Assembly: GCA_951406725.2 (NCBI GenBank)
Contig: OX597817.1
Location: 86,242,001-86,306,000, forward strand
DNA: 64,000 bases
Direction of reading: 5' to 3'
Origin: Octopus vulgaris
Taxonomy: Eukaryota
The notes below the pieces were generated by a model. It made no database searches, had not been told where the DNA came from, and saw only the letters and a list, made by a program, of their open reading frames with translations. This document shows positions 12,583 through 26,552 of the stretch, one piece after another (within the stretch, counting starts at the first letter, position 1; the number at the start of each line of letters is the position of its first letter). The translations under genes were made by a program, and so were the position numbers.

Positions 12583-15500
12583 AATGGACATAAGACAAAA
12601 TAGGGACAATAACAAACGAGTGAAGAACTATATAGTGCTTGTGTTTATTTGGCAAAAGAAAAAAATTACCATCCTGAAATATTAAAATATTTTATCTTTT
12701 TTTGTTATAATTATCCATTACTGCAAAAATTTAAATTTTAATAAATATATGAGAGAAATAAACTCAAATTTGGAAATAACTATTCACTTCAGACAACTGA
12801 TATTAAAAACTAAGTATTTCAGAAAGTACAAGGGATAATTTGAACTGACTGGATCTAAGAATGGTTTGCCACAGCTCTCATCCTCAACAATATTTAGTTG
12901 CATGAGTGTTCTTGAGCTGGCACTGACCTACACTATTATAACCCTTGCTTTAACCAGTTCTTCATTTATGTTACCTAATAATTAGACCACTCCTACCCAC
13001 CACCACATCAAACTTGCCTTATCCTCAAAGCAACCTTATTCCCTGCTTTCTTCTCAGCTTGTATATACACTTGCTCTGTACAATTCACCTAGCAGTTTCA
13101 TATGTAAAATAACATCTGTTCTACTGAAGCAAACTTTGAACTACTAAATATTATAAACTGTGTAAACAAAGCTCATCTGTTTATGGCAAACATTGTGCAC
13201 CAAAGGAATTATACTGAATATGACTAAGAAGGACTATATAATCCATGTTCATATGAGATAAATAGACTTAAACATAAAAGCAAATATATTGATATCTGAT
13301 ACTAAAACAAACACATAAAAGTATTATTGCTGTATGAATGTTAATCATTTTACATTTTAACATAAGATATATGAGGCAAATAGAATTTCAAATCTAATAG
13401 GAAGTATTTGAAAGATAGCTAAGGTTAAAATATAAACCAGAAAAGTTGTCTAAATTATAATCTTCCATCAAAATTGTATGTTAATTTATTCCAGGCATCA
13501 GCTTAATAATGAGTAAGTTATTTTACTAAATACTTCATTATTTTAAAAATTAATTGAAACAAAGGCAGCATATGTTGACAGAAATGTGGTAACAAAAGGG
13601 TTAATTTATGTTCCAAATGCTAAATTAATGACAAAGCTATTTTATTAAATTCTTTATAATTTTCAAAAATTAATTGAAACAAAAGCATTTTAATTCAGCA
13701 GAAATATGGTAATGAGAGTTGGGCCAATAACAGTATAATCAAATTTCTACATGTATTGATAACAAAGAGATTCTGTTGTAGTTTTATGCTCAATGTTTTA
13801 ATAGAATTGTATTATGCCATAGCAAAATATGTTAAGTGAAAGCAAAGAACTTTGTAGGCTATAAATGTAAGGTGAGTCACTTTCCAATTGATTGAATGCA
13901 AAACCAGAAAGGAAATAGACATTTAAAACAGGAAAATTTGCTTAAGTCATGCCAAGCAGGTAAACGTTCATTGTAGTTTCTAATTCAATTAAGAAAAATT
14001 TTAGTTCTCAATCCAGTAGATGGGTGACAAAATAGACCTGTGGTATTTAGTTATGTCCCTTTATGGTCAGAGTTCAAATCTTGCTCAGGTTTCCTTTACC
14101 TTCAATTAAGAATGCATACTGCAGTTCATGTAATCAGTGAGATCACTGAATGCAGTGTCCCAGTATGACCACAATCCAATGACTGGAACCAGTAAAAGAA
14201 TAACTGACCAAATTCTTAGCATTTCAAAATGTGACTACTGCATGAAACATTCTTGGCCAAAGCATACTACCAACCTGAAAAAAGGATACCATTTTTATAT
14301 CACAAAAGCATTTAGCTGTGATTATTTTAAGGAATTTGTGCAAAAAAGGCCCTACAATTTTCACAACCAACCTTTTTTTTTTCATAGGTGTAAAACAAAA
14401 AAATTCTAATAACATCCCTAGTTAATCATTTTAACATATGCGTTAATATATAACATTATTTTAATGCCCACTTTTCCATGCATGGGTTGGACAGAATTTG
14501 TTTTAGCAGATTCTCATGCCTGGATGCACTTCTTGTCACCAACTGCAACCTGTTTCCAAGTAAGGTAATATTCTCCATGACCAGCAGTCTTCACAGGTAC
14601 TCACACACACAGACATGTTAACAGAGATTTTATAAGTGAAGTTGTTGTGAGCCACTAAAAAAGATTTACAGAAGATGATTTAGATGCAAAGTACACTAAG
14701 CAGGGCAAGTGTGACAAGAGGATGAGAAGTATGAGAAACTAATGGATTACAGTGTATCAATATGAATTGTGAAGTTGTTGGGGGGGGAAGTGTGTATGGA
14801 ATGATAGCAGAGTACTTGCACTCACTGATGGCCAGCAAGAAAGAGGCTTCAAAATACTACAATGAGGGATTGTTGAAAGAGAAAAATGTGTGAGAGGGAT
14901 TACCACAAGTTGGTTAACCATACAACTGAAAGGGCAATTAAAGATATGAAGGCAGGGTAAGCATCAAAAATAGATGCAAAGATACTGTGTAGTGGCCATA
15001 CTCACTATGCAGAAAAGGAAAATGTAGAAATTCTATAGTGTACCCAATGTAAACAATAGGTGCACAAGGGATGTAGTGGGGTCGTAGATAGGCTGATAGA
15101 GAAGCAGCAGATACTCAGGAATGATTAGTAATAACAAGCAGCAATGAAATAAATTTTTTCCAAACTCTGTAAAGTTCCCTCATATTTAGCATTTTCTATT
15201 ACCTAGGTGACCAAAATAGCCGTGGAAGTAAAAGTTCTGAAAGCATAGTAACCAAAATAATAACAGGGTGTTCAGAGAGTTTTTACTTCTGTTGACAACA
15301 ATAAGATTATTTCCCCCAGGTAATGGATGGACATTAAATGCATGAGGTGTGCAAAAACTGGAAAAAAAATTAAGCATGCTCCACTGAATGTGTATTGTTA
15401 GTGTGAATGAATGAGAGCACATATGAGTTGAGACAAGTTCACAGGCATGTGATGTGAATGGAGGCTGATAGTTAGGTAAAGAAGTGTCAAACAGTTCATG

Positions 15501-17140
15501 TGGAAGGAATATGTGGGTAAAGAGGCAGTCGAAGGCTTATCTCAAGATGCAGCAGCTCATAGTGGACTGCAACAAGTGATGAGATACTGCACTACAGAAG
15601 ATCCACCCAACCCAAGCAAGTATGGAAATACAGAAGTAAAATATAAAAATACATAAACAGTTTAAAAACAAAATAACTATACTATACTCATGCTTCTTAT
15701 ATTTTTAGGTGTAAGCCATGGATATTGCTTTTCCACAATTACTAACAAAAAATACAAAACTATGCAGCAGCTGTTTAGCAGTGGCTCCCCCACCCCCCAT
15801 GTAAAAAAAAAAAATAGAAAAGGTAAAAAAGGCTTTTGCTTATACATGTGGATACTCTTACTACTTCTAATTATTCAACTACAATGTTGAAGTGGATTCT
15901 GCAGTCAGCTGGGCAAAATTTTAATTTCACCACTGTCATGCATTCTCATTTGATATAAGAATATTAATTTTTAAAATATAGCTAGAGCTGAGCACTTGAA
16001 TATTTAGTTTCACTATTGACAGCTCCATCTTTTACATTACAAAAATACATTTATTATATCTATCCATCCATCTAGCTAGCTAACTATACACACATTCACA
16101 CAGATGGATACAGTAATGAAATGAGGGGCAAACTTTTAAAAACATTTATCTCTCATATTAACAATTTGCAGTGTTAAAACTGTCTCAACTATAATTACAA
16201 TGAAATACATATTCTACGGATTTCATTTAATATTTTAAATAATCAAGAATTTACAGGATTTACTGAATCAATATCATTATTAGTGTGTGGAACATTAAAA
16301 TATAAACACTTTAAAAGAGACAGTTTTGTACAAGATACAGCTTTTTGTAAGTTGATATATATATATAAAATTCTATAAATATATCAAAAACAAAAATATA
16401 CACTTCTGAAATAATGAAAAATTGCAATTTAAATATTCTAAATAGATGACAGACATGATTTATGAAAAGCTTTTACTGGGTAAACATTCAGTTTGGTTAA
16501 GTTTTCATAATTAATTTCAATGTTTAAAACAAGTGTTGTGTAGTTTGGATTATTCACAAAACAAATTGTAACTACACCAATGTGATACACTTTACAACAG
16601 ACAATGCCACTAAAACAGCTATTTATGTTTATAGGCTCTATAACCTAGATGGGGTGATTCCACTAGCTACGAAGGTATTTATGGTTTCAATGCAATCAAG
16701 ATGACAAAAACAAATTTGATGCTGTGAAAAGTCAAACTTATTATTGTTCAGAGTTTGCAGGCCATACCTTGAGTAAGGCCTGTGGAACCCTAGACATTAC
16801 AGAAATGAGCAGAAGAGCCATTAAAAATAATGTAGATGGTGTTTCAACTGAAAAGAAGTGATCAGTATGGTCAGCAGAATGTCACTGACACAGGCCTAGG
16901 CTTGATCAATCTAGGTCAGATCACCTGCATGAGGATGTATGCTGTGAGATCTGAAACATCCCATGACACCAGGGCACAACACTGACAATGTATTCAAGTA
17001 TTCATCAGCAGAGTTTGTTTGAAATGTACTAAATGATAAATTTGAATTCTATAGCAAATTCTTTAGATGAAAAGAAGTTGCATGAAGCTAAGAACGAGAG
17101 ATATGTTTACTATGGGATATACCCAAAGATATTAGTTGTC

Positions 17141-17783
17141 GACTAGAGACCGAGACCTTTGGAAGTATGCTGTGCATGAGAAGACCCGGCAGGACAAGTG
17201 AGGCCATAACCCGTGGCCTCAGTCCACTTATGCATACCCTTCCTTCTTGGGACACAAAACTCCACTTGTGAAGACCTGTTGAGGCAAGTGAAATTCAAAA
17301 TCAAAATCGATCAACATCAATGTAAATCGTAGCTGTGATACCAGAGTGCCAGTGGCACATAAGAGAACCATCTGAATGGGGCCATTGCCAGCGCCGCCTC
17401 GACTGCCTCCGTGCCAGTGGCACGTAAAAAGTACCATCCGATCGTGGCCGTTGCCAGCCTTGCCTGGCCTCCGTGCCAGTGGCACGTAAAAAGCACCATC
17501 CGAACTTGGCCATTGCCAGCCTTGCCTGGCCTCCGTGCCGGTGGTACGTAAAAAACACCATCCGATCCTGGCCGTTTGCCAGCCTCATCTGGCACCTGTG
17601 CCGGTGGAACGCAAAAAGGACCCACTACACTCATGGAGTGGTCGGCGTTAGGAAGGGCGTCCAGCCGTAGAAACATTGCCAGATCAGACTGGGCCTGGTG
17701 CAGCCTTCTGGCTTCCCAGACCCCAGTTGAACCGTCCAACCCATGCCAGCATGGAAAGCGGACGCTAAACGATGATGATGATG
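17141..17783 (+). mobile_element. 5'-truncated RTE LINE (last codons plus 3' UTR)
   Basis: Encodes TRDRDLWKYAVHEKTRQDK*, as at the end of the 44.3-47.1 kb element; hairpin repeats; (GAT)n tail. Confidence 0.92.
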
Positions 17784-20431
17784 TATTTGTAAATTAACCT
17801 TTTTGATACCAATCTGTCCCTTATTCCATGATACAAACTTTCATCTTAAAGGGATTTAAATCAAAACTTTCCATTATAATTTCACATTTATGCTTCAAAC
17901 ATCATTTTAAAGTCAGAATTATCTATTAAACTCATTATTTTCAAAAATGAAAAAAAAAGCAGATGTTTTAACAGAAAATGGTAACAAAGAATTAATTAAT
18001 TATATTAGTTACATGAGACAGTCACACATGTTTGTCTTATTCAGTATACTTACTGTTCACAGTGAAGTTGTTTTATGGTAAACATGCCAGACATCTATGC
18101 CTGTCTCATGTATCTAGTAAAGTAAATTTATGAATGCATTGGTTAAAATTTTTGAGTATATCCTATAGTAAACATTAGTATAAAATCATTTACTAAAATG
18201 CTGTCATTTCATGAGCCTATCCACACCCAAACTGGTTTGTTACAATCCTCTTCTAATCTTGATGAATTATGGTTATTTAATACCAACCTCCCTCGCATCA
18301 CTATTATAAACACCAAAACATAGACATATGAAAACATGCTAAAAGTAAACTAAATGTTATGGCTATGCTACCACACTGTATTCTACAGAACACTGCAAAT
18401 GTGTACAGCCTCCCTACCTACCAATTTGAAAAGTTCTATCTAGTGCAAACTAGCACTACTCAACAAAACTTCTGTATAAGTAGTTCTAGACTTGCTCAAC
18501 TTACGAACGGTTTTAGAACAAGGCTAAAAATATTTTCTTATATAGGAGTTAATTAAAATTTGCTCAATACATCTTAGTAGCAGTTAAAATTACAAAACAT
18601 GCAACTGCATCTTTTTCAATTCTTTAATTCTATACTCCAAGCGTTTAAAAGTTAGGCATGTCTCACCATTAATTAATATATGAAATAAGAAACGTTAGGC
18701 ATGTCATGTGTTATTAATTATGCTTCCTATATATAGAATATAAAATGGACAACAGCTACCCTGATCTAGAACTAAAATAAAAATTAGTAGTTCCGCACAG
18801 ATTTTAAGATACAAGATAAAATTAATCTTTTATAAGATATGAATGCATTTCTAGGGGTGAAATAGGTATGTTAAAATATATATCTTACTCATATACAACA
18901 GTAACTTGTGCCGAGACACACCAGGCCTATATATATATATTTATATATATATATATATATATGCATATAGTCCCACCCATGCTAGCATGGAAGGTGGACG
19001 TTAAACGACGATGATATATATATATTATATACACTCACACGCACGCAGGTGAGCATGAGTGCAAAACAAGGTGGAAAAAATAGTACTCGAATACCAAAGG
19101 TAGAGTAATATGCTTTTAGTAAAGCTGCAAAATTATCACAAAACTGTCGCTCAGTTTCATGTTCCCATTCGGACAATTGTGATGATTTTATATATATAAA
19201 ATGAATGAATACAGAGGCTATACATGAGCTACGTCAAGTTTCATGCTCAAGTAGTGCAGCAATTGGACAATCCATCAAATGTTCATGCTGTTGGATTTTT
19301 CTTGGACATGACATAAAAAATAACCAATGTCTCAAAGGAGTGAGTGTCGTGGAGTTTAGTTACATCCAACAAACACTGAAGTTTTCCCCAAAATCCAGGG
19401 TTTTTATAACTGCTCAACTTGACTTTAAAGAATCGAAATCACATACAAATATTCTTTAACTAATTCTTAGAATTCCTATATCAGCAGTTATATTAACCAA
19501 AGGAAAAACGACAATCATATTTCTTCGGCAATACGACATTACATCATATTGCCAGCTACCACAAATTGGCGCTATTATTTAAAAATGGCTACACACTACA
19601 ATGCCATACAAGCCAGTCTTGTTACTGCCCTATCTGAGCATGAAACTTTAGATAGCTCACATATAACTCCTGAATTCATTAAATGATATTTATCTCTCAC
19701 TAAACTAAGTATGTTTTTGCTGATCCCATCAACAAAATGAACAGTACAATATATGTATGTGCGTGTGGCACATACACATAGAGTTCATGGTATCATAATA
19801 CTTCAAACTGTAAATGTAGTTCTATTAACGTTAAATAACTACAAACAAACCAAGGAAACTCAAAACTATTTGGAACTTTGACCATAGCTTATGTACACTG
19901 AACACGGACAAACATTCTATTTTATGTAACCAGACCACATTCCCTTGAGGTGGAGATAATTTTAATAAATCAAGAATTTATATCGTATGGTAATAAATAT
20001 ACCTGTATTTGTTTATGTTGTTCATAAACATGCCAATAGCCACTGAGTTATTTCTCTTAGCACATTTTTTAAAATTAAATTATGCAAATTACTTGAGTCA
20101 TAAATGTGTTCTACCCCTCTTATATAAGTCTAAGTTCTTTAGCTATTGGAAGTAAGGTAAGACAAATGCCATCCTTGTTGGTAGCGCTTATTAAGGCAGG
20201 AACATGTGTCCAAAAGTATGTTTTGGTGAAGTCTTGAAATTGTCTCCCTTCCTCATACGGAGCTGATCTCAGTTGCCATTTGGTAATTGCGAAAGATTCC
20301 TTAGAGACGGAAATAATTACAGAAAATCAAGAATTTATGTAGCATAGTTTTTGATATATTCTGATTGATATTTGTCTATGTTGTTTTTATACATAGCGCC
20401 GAGTTATTTTTTCTCTTAGTTTATATATATA

Positions 20432-20780
20432 GGCGCAGGTATGGCTGTATGGTAAAGAAGCTTGGGGTTCAGTCCTACTGCGTGGCACCTTGGGCAAATG
20501 TCTTACTGTAGCCTGAGGTCGACCAAAGCCTGTGAGTGGATTCAATTGACAGAAATTGAAAGAAGTCAGTAGTATATATTATATATATGTATGTGTATCT
20601 CTTCCGCCCACCACCACCATCGCTTGACAACCGATGTTGTATTTACGTCCCCGTAACTTAGCGGTTCGGCAAAAGTTACCGATAAAGTACTAGGTTTACA
20701 AGGAATAAGTCCTGGGGTCGATTTGTTCGACTGAAGGCGGTGCTCCAGCATGTCTGCAGTTAAATGACTGAAACAAGTAA
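20432..20780 (+). mobile_element. Major tRNA-derived SINE family copy
   Basis: Same modules as 39773-40173 (GGGTTCAGTCC..TGCGTGGCACCTTGGGCAA...GCCTGTGAGTGGA...TGACTGAAACAAGTAA); other copies or fragments at ~1719-1870(-), ~11115-11270(-), ~25140-25540(-), ~57685-58075(+) and ~60620-61000(-). Confidence 0.85.
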
Positions 20781-23392
20781 TATATATATATATCGTGCCA
20801 ACAGGACAGTGTCTAAAATCATCAATAAAGCCCCCCAAAAAATCCTCCAGATGTGTATGTTTTACGGGAACTGCTCTTCTTTTTCTTTTCTGTAACTTTT
20901 TATTATCCTTGGATCTTTTCCTTTTGATGGACGGAATTTTCTAGTTAACTAAACAATTTGAAACTTTGTATACTGGTAGAATGTGTCAAAAGATCCTTAT
21001 CCTTTTATTACCTTTCGATTTTTTTTCTCCTCCATATATGTTTTTAAGAGTGTTGCATATATTTTGAAGAATTATAATCTAGCATGCCTAAGACACATCT
21101 GAAAAAGTTTTCGCAAGTCAAAACTGAAAGCAACTCAAGACGAATATATATATATATATATACAGAGAGAGAGAGAGAGATTCGTAAACTGCTTAAAACA
21201 CATAACCTAAGAACTAGTTATGAACTAAGTACATAATTTCCGACTCTATTCGATAAAAATGCCCATTGTATAAGTATAAAATAGCGCCCCAAAAGTGAAA
21301 GCATTGCATTATTTTGTTTGAATGAGGTATATACTAGCTATTTTTAATTTTTATTTCGCCAGACGTTATTTATATCAAGTGAACACAATGGGAACACTAC
21401 CGACTTTTAGTTGATGCTGTCCCAAGTTCAATTCAAGCGGAAGTGACCGAATATTTTCAATTGGCTTGAGATGAGAAACTTCTGGAGAAAACTTAGCTTT
21501 GTGGGGTTGTGCATCGAATAAGTTTTGACAAAGCAATTTGTAATCCATTCAAACTATGGTTCCGCTGGATCTAGATATTTTGTTCTCATAAAAATCTTCA
21601 TACCTTGTTCAAAGGACAAAGTCAAAATTTCCTTAGAAAATACTTAGTTGTCGACGAAGACTTTCCAGGAATCGATTAAATTCAGAAACTGCTTTTAAAC
21701 TAATCGATGAACTGACCATAATAATTTTAAATGAAAGAACCTTGATCCCATAAAGTATTTTTGGCCGATGCTACTCTACAGTTTTGTCTCTTTCAATCGC
21801 TATTACACCGGCCGTGTTAACTCCCATCTAGGCCTCACTTGCTGTATACCTCTTTATAAGACACGTAATAAACCTTTCTCCCAATCAATCCTCTACAGAG
21901 ATACGTCCTCCTAAAATTCATTCCTGTCTTTTCTTCATTTTTTTTTCCTACAGAAATTCTACGAAAACAGTCTTCGAAGATTAGCAAAGGTTACCTTCCT
22001 TCTAAGTTTTCTCATCACAAATTCTGGAGGATGGGCACACTCGATTAAATCGACCTCAATTACATTCTATTTTGTAAAACAAAAACAAAACCCCAATACA
22101 CATGCAATAAATGAAAAGTTTTAAACCAAATATTTTGCTTGATTATGTAAACATTTTTATTTGTCCGAAACAAAAAAATAACACACAAAATAGTAATGAA
22201 TAACAAAAAAAAAGGTTGTTATCCACTGATTTGAGGAAAGAGGAACTACAGGTTCTTCGTTAATCTTTTATCGTAACATTGCTGGAGATCACACATAAAA
22301 TTGATTTACAAAACATACCTATTATTATTGATGGAATGTGGTGGCGATTATCGAACTATTATCAACAAAATTATAGAAAAGGTGTAATAATAATAAGTAC
22401 AATCTGTTGTTTCAATACACAAGGGTGTGGTGTACATACAGGAACATTTAACATTGGGTCAAATATATACAAACTAATCAATGTTAAAAACATTCATGAA
22501 TTCTTTCAGTTTCTAGGTGTCTTAGTGATTTTACTGCGATATCTTCTTTAATTTTTAACGTTTGGCATAAAATATCTGACAGAATATTTCTATTTAAAAT
22601 ATTCCGGTTGCAAAATCTGCAAATGAGGGCTTATTTTTTAAAAAATTGCTAGAATTTCAGAACAGATATGTTTTAGTATAATCACTGAAAATATTTTAAG
22701 AACTCGGTTAATGAACTCTTTAAGTCAAAGCAACTATTTATCATTAAAGCCTTAGAGGAAATAACTTGTGTAACCCTAAACCTTAGCGGCGTAAACTACC
22801 ATCATTAAGGTAGTTTGTTATTTACATACACTGGTGCATGCTGTGAGAACGAGTTATTTTTTTTTTAGCGATGTTCCTCTAGCCATGATTTGTATCGGTT
22901 TAAATCATAAATCAATAATCTGTTCTTATGTTATAAGATATGTAAAAGTGTCAGAGGGGAGACAGAGAGAAAACGGAAAATATTGCAGGAAGTAACGTTA
23001 AGGGACTCTTCTAGTTCGTTCACTGACACTCTAGAATCTGATGAAAAGCACACAATTTTACATATTTACAATTATTTAAGAGGCTTCCATGAACCACAAG
23101 GAAATGGGACAAAAAAAAATTGGAATCGCTATTAAATTTCAAGAACTTAGGAAGAATGACTTCAAAAGAACACGTGTTCTTAAACACTTATTACTACAAC
23201 AGTATTTATAGAGGACATTCTAACAATAGGGAAAAAGAAGGGGACGACCCTAAGGAAATTGCTCTGTCGGAATGCCAAACTGACAAAAGACAGGACAGAT
23301 CAAAATATTTAAAACCTTCAGCAGAATTCATGAAAGCTTACGACCAAATGAACACAAAACAAAGCAAAAAAAATACTTTAAATAGAACTTAC

Positions 23393-23481
23393 GTAGCGTC
23401 ATGAATAGCTGACTTTGCAAAGGAATCAATTAATTTAAAAACTATAAAATCAGCAACTAACTGATATAAATATGTGGACAT
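23393..23481 (-). CDS. Inferred first coding exon of the USP gene (MSTYLYQLVADFIVFKLIDSFAKSAIHDA)
   Basis: ATG at 23481, open for 89 nt, consensus donor AC|GTAAGT; the split codon AC plus G at 7995 gives Thr and joins in frame to NDSEKRRIWFYE; lies just downstream of promoter motifs. Confidence 0.72.
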
Positions 23482-23744
23482 AATTGTTAGATCCTCTTTG
23501 AACACCGCCAAAAATAAAACGGTATTATAAAAGATCGGTGGGAAATCTCGGAAAAGATGAACAGCAATAGATCCTCAATAATTTTGTAGTCCCTCTTATT
23601 TCACTGTTTTGAAACTCTCGAGCTAACGACTGATCGAATTAAAATGCATTGGTAGTAAAATGAACATTTTGAAATAAAATAACCCATTCACGACAAATGA
23701 AGCGAACGGGGATTCATGAAGCAATGAGTTAGGTTTGAATTTGG

Positions 23745-23820
23745 TAACCAACATGGCGTACTTTAACTGACATGCGCAGTGGTTACATAGTGCAAGGAAT
23801 CTTGGGAATTGTAATTTAAA
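23745..23820. promoter_or_regulatory. Promoter-like motif cluster for the USP gene, possibly bidirectional
   Basis: AACATGGCG (YY1-like, 23750), CATGCGCA (NRF1-like, 23771), TGGGAATTGTAAT (ZNF143/Staf-like, 23803); the surrounding region is TE-poor and retains CpG. Confidence 0.6.
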
Positions 23821-24301
23821 GCCAAGTAACAAAAGCTGCTCCGCAACTTTAAGTAACTGGCGTTTTCAATATTTAATACCTTATTTTAGTTTATTTTATT
23901 CTATGTATCAGCTTTAAAAAAATATGGTAAATAGAAGTATCTAACATTTTGAAGTCAATATCAGTTGTTAATAAGATATATAAATAAATTTGCAATATTC
24001 ATTTGTAATAAATTGCTAGATTAAAAGAAGCAAGGTTTATATAAACTGGCGTTTTTCAAAATCAGGCTTTTATGGTTTATTTTACTTTATGTACAAAATA
24101 AAAGAATTTATTGCTGGTAGGGACATCGCATTTCGTTTTGGATCCATATTATACTATCAAGTATGTTAAAGGTTTATAAGTCACTACTGTTTCCTACATC
24201 GTAATAGCAATGTATATGTTGCTCTTTTTTTAAATATGTTGCACCGCTAAACTTAGTGGCTATTTAACCAATGTATTCATGGATAGATAATGGGGTGGAT
24301 G

Positions 24302-24348
24302 TGGGGCTGAAGAAGGAGCAATAATTCCTGAAATATGCATATACGCCA
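24302..24348 (+). ncRNA. Type I minimal hammerhead ribozyme motif with intact catalytic core
   Basis: TGGGG-CTGAAGA-AGGAG-CAATAA-TTCCT-GAAA-TATGCATA-TA|CGCCA; stem II 5 bp, stem III palindrome ATATGCATAT, AUA triplet, stem I 4 of 5 pairs. Confidence 0.65.
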
Positions 24349-24399
24349 ATTACCTATTTTTCTATTTTCGATTGCCTTGTTTTCATACACATGTTCGTA

Positions 24400-24604
24400 C
24401 AGTAATCCCTCGACTATCGCTGGTGTTACATTCCCACAACCACCTCACTGCGATAGGTGAAAATCCGCAAAGTAGAAACTGTACTGTACCATATACTTAT
24501 TTTTATAATTTGTATATATTTATTTTATTATAAATGCAAAACAACAACACAAAGGAATCGTCGTAAGCTTAAATATTAAACAGTGATATGGCAAGGGATT
24601 ACTG
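24400..24604. mobile_element. Tigger/pogo-like MITE
   Basis: TA|CAGTAATCCCTCGACTATCGC ... GTGATATGGCAAGGGATTACTG imperfect terminal inverted repeats. Confidence 0.7.
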
Positions 24605-25956
24605 TTTATGAAATGTAACTCTGTAGAAATACACTTAGTTTTCAAAAAGATTTCTGAGTAACAAGAATTGACAACTTGTTAAAAATTGTTTTTACGCCTT
24701 GGAGCAAAGATAGTTTTGGCACCCTTGTCAAAATTAACAGGTATAATGAGCAAGGGAAAATTTTGTGCACCTACAAACTATGAGGAGGGAAAGTCCTCTC
24801 TTATCCCTTGCATCTCTGACAAAGGGTTCTGTCCAAAATATTGGACTATTTTTCCTCTTGGCAAAATAAGTTATACTGTTTTGGGAAGTTTTTGTGTTTT
24901 TTAGATTACATTCTGTTTGGGAGAATCTGCCGTTAAGGAAAGATTAAATGTGTTTAAGGGTTGAAGTATGAACTTCAACATAAATACACACTGGAATTAA
25001 TAAATTCTAACAAACGAACAATGACAATAGGATGTAAGTAGATGGCAGATTACGAAAATTAGGAAATTAAACAAATTGCTCGACATGGATGCTCACTCTC
25101 ACAAATAGACCTTTGTTGGTTTTCTTTTTATCTATTATTTTTTACTTGCTTCAGTCATTAGACTACGGACATGCTGGGGCACCACCTTGAAGAATTTTTA
25201 GTCGAATGAATTGACCCTTGTGCTTATGTTTAATTAAGCCTGGTACTTATTCTATCAGTTTCTATTGCAAACTGCTAAGTTACAGGGATGTAAAGACACC
25301 AACACTGGTTGTCTAGCGGTGGTGGGGAAGACACAGACACAAAGGCAAACACATACACACACACACACACATACATATGATGGGCTTCTTTTAGCCACCA
25401 TTGCCAAAATCCACTCACAAGGCTTTGTTCAGCTCAGGACTATAGTAGAAGACATTTGACCAAGGTGCCTGCAGTGGAACCGAACTTGGAACCATATGGT
25501 TGGGAAGCAAGTTTCTCACCACACAACCACGCCTGTGCCTATATATGCTTTGGTGATGAATTTTCAGTTCTTCAATCCGCTAAATTATCTGCACATTGAA
25601 TTAGCATGTAAGTGGCTGAGTATTCCACTGACATATATACTCTTAATATAATTCTCAAGGAGAACTAGTATGACTGTGAGTGTGAGACAAGACTGTACCT
25701 TTGAATTCAGGCACAACCCATCTGATGGACTTTATACATATCCATCCACCTGAATTAATTCAAAACACTCCGGTCAACACGAAGATATAGTAAAATACTT
25801 ATCAAAAATAAGTAATCATTCAGCCATTCTCACATACTTGTTCACATTCACACATATAAATGAATGTATACATGTACATGCATACAGGAATGTATGTATA
25901 TACATGCACACATACACACACATACATGCAAGTATCAATCCATTCATACATACAAA

Positions 25957-26100
25957 CAGGGGTAGACTGAGCCATCAGTCAATTGGGCCCGGAACTCTGA
26001 GGGGCCCACACTCTACATGTTAACTCTCTTTCATATCAATGCTAAGGAGCCTGGTGAACAGTTATGCCTGAGGGCCCTTAATACTCTCAGTCCGTCCCTG
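25957..26100. mobile_element. hAT-like MITE
   Basis: CAGGGGTAGACTGAG / CTCAGTCCGTCCCTG TIRs; 8-bp TSD CATACAAA / CAAACAAA (7 of 8). Confidence 0.7.
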
Positions 26101-26552
26101 CAAACAAATGTACATGCACACACACAAGCATGCATGCAATAATACATAGAAACATGCATACATTACACACACACACACATATAGGATTAACTGAACATGA
26201 AGAAATCCCTGCCCCCAAAATACATATCTATTGCAGAAAGTAATTCTATAACAGTATATCTAAGAAGAGATGGAATAGGTAGTTATTCCTGTTTGATGAA
26301 CAATAGAAGATTCTACAACATATTTGGTAAACTATATAAGGTGATTTACAATTAGAAAATAAATTTAAAAAAACTATGTGGTTGTGCTTAACTTGGTAGA
26401 AATAGCAGGCAAATCTCATTTAAATGATAAACAGAATTATGAAAGGGGCATATATACATTCATACACAACACACACTCACACACCCATATATATCTGTGT
26501 GTGTGCGTGTGTAAAAAAGAATGTAAAAAAAGGGGGAAAAAAATCTTACACA

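Noticed and set aside
22771-22786. TAACCCTAAACCTTAG telomere-like words (also TTAGG at ~28925)
   Set aside because: Only two or three degenerate units, too short to call interstitial telomere.
23120-23404. 94-aa plus-strand ORF next to the USP first exon
   Set aside because: TTG start, A-rich, antisense to the start of the USP intron, and no recognisable motif.
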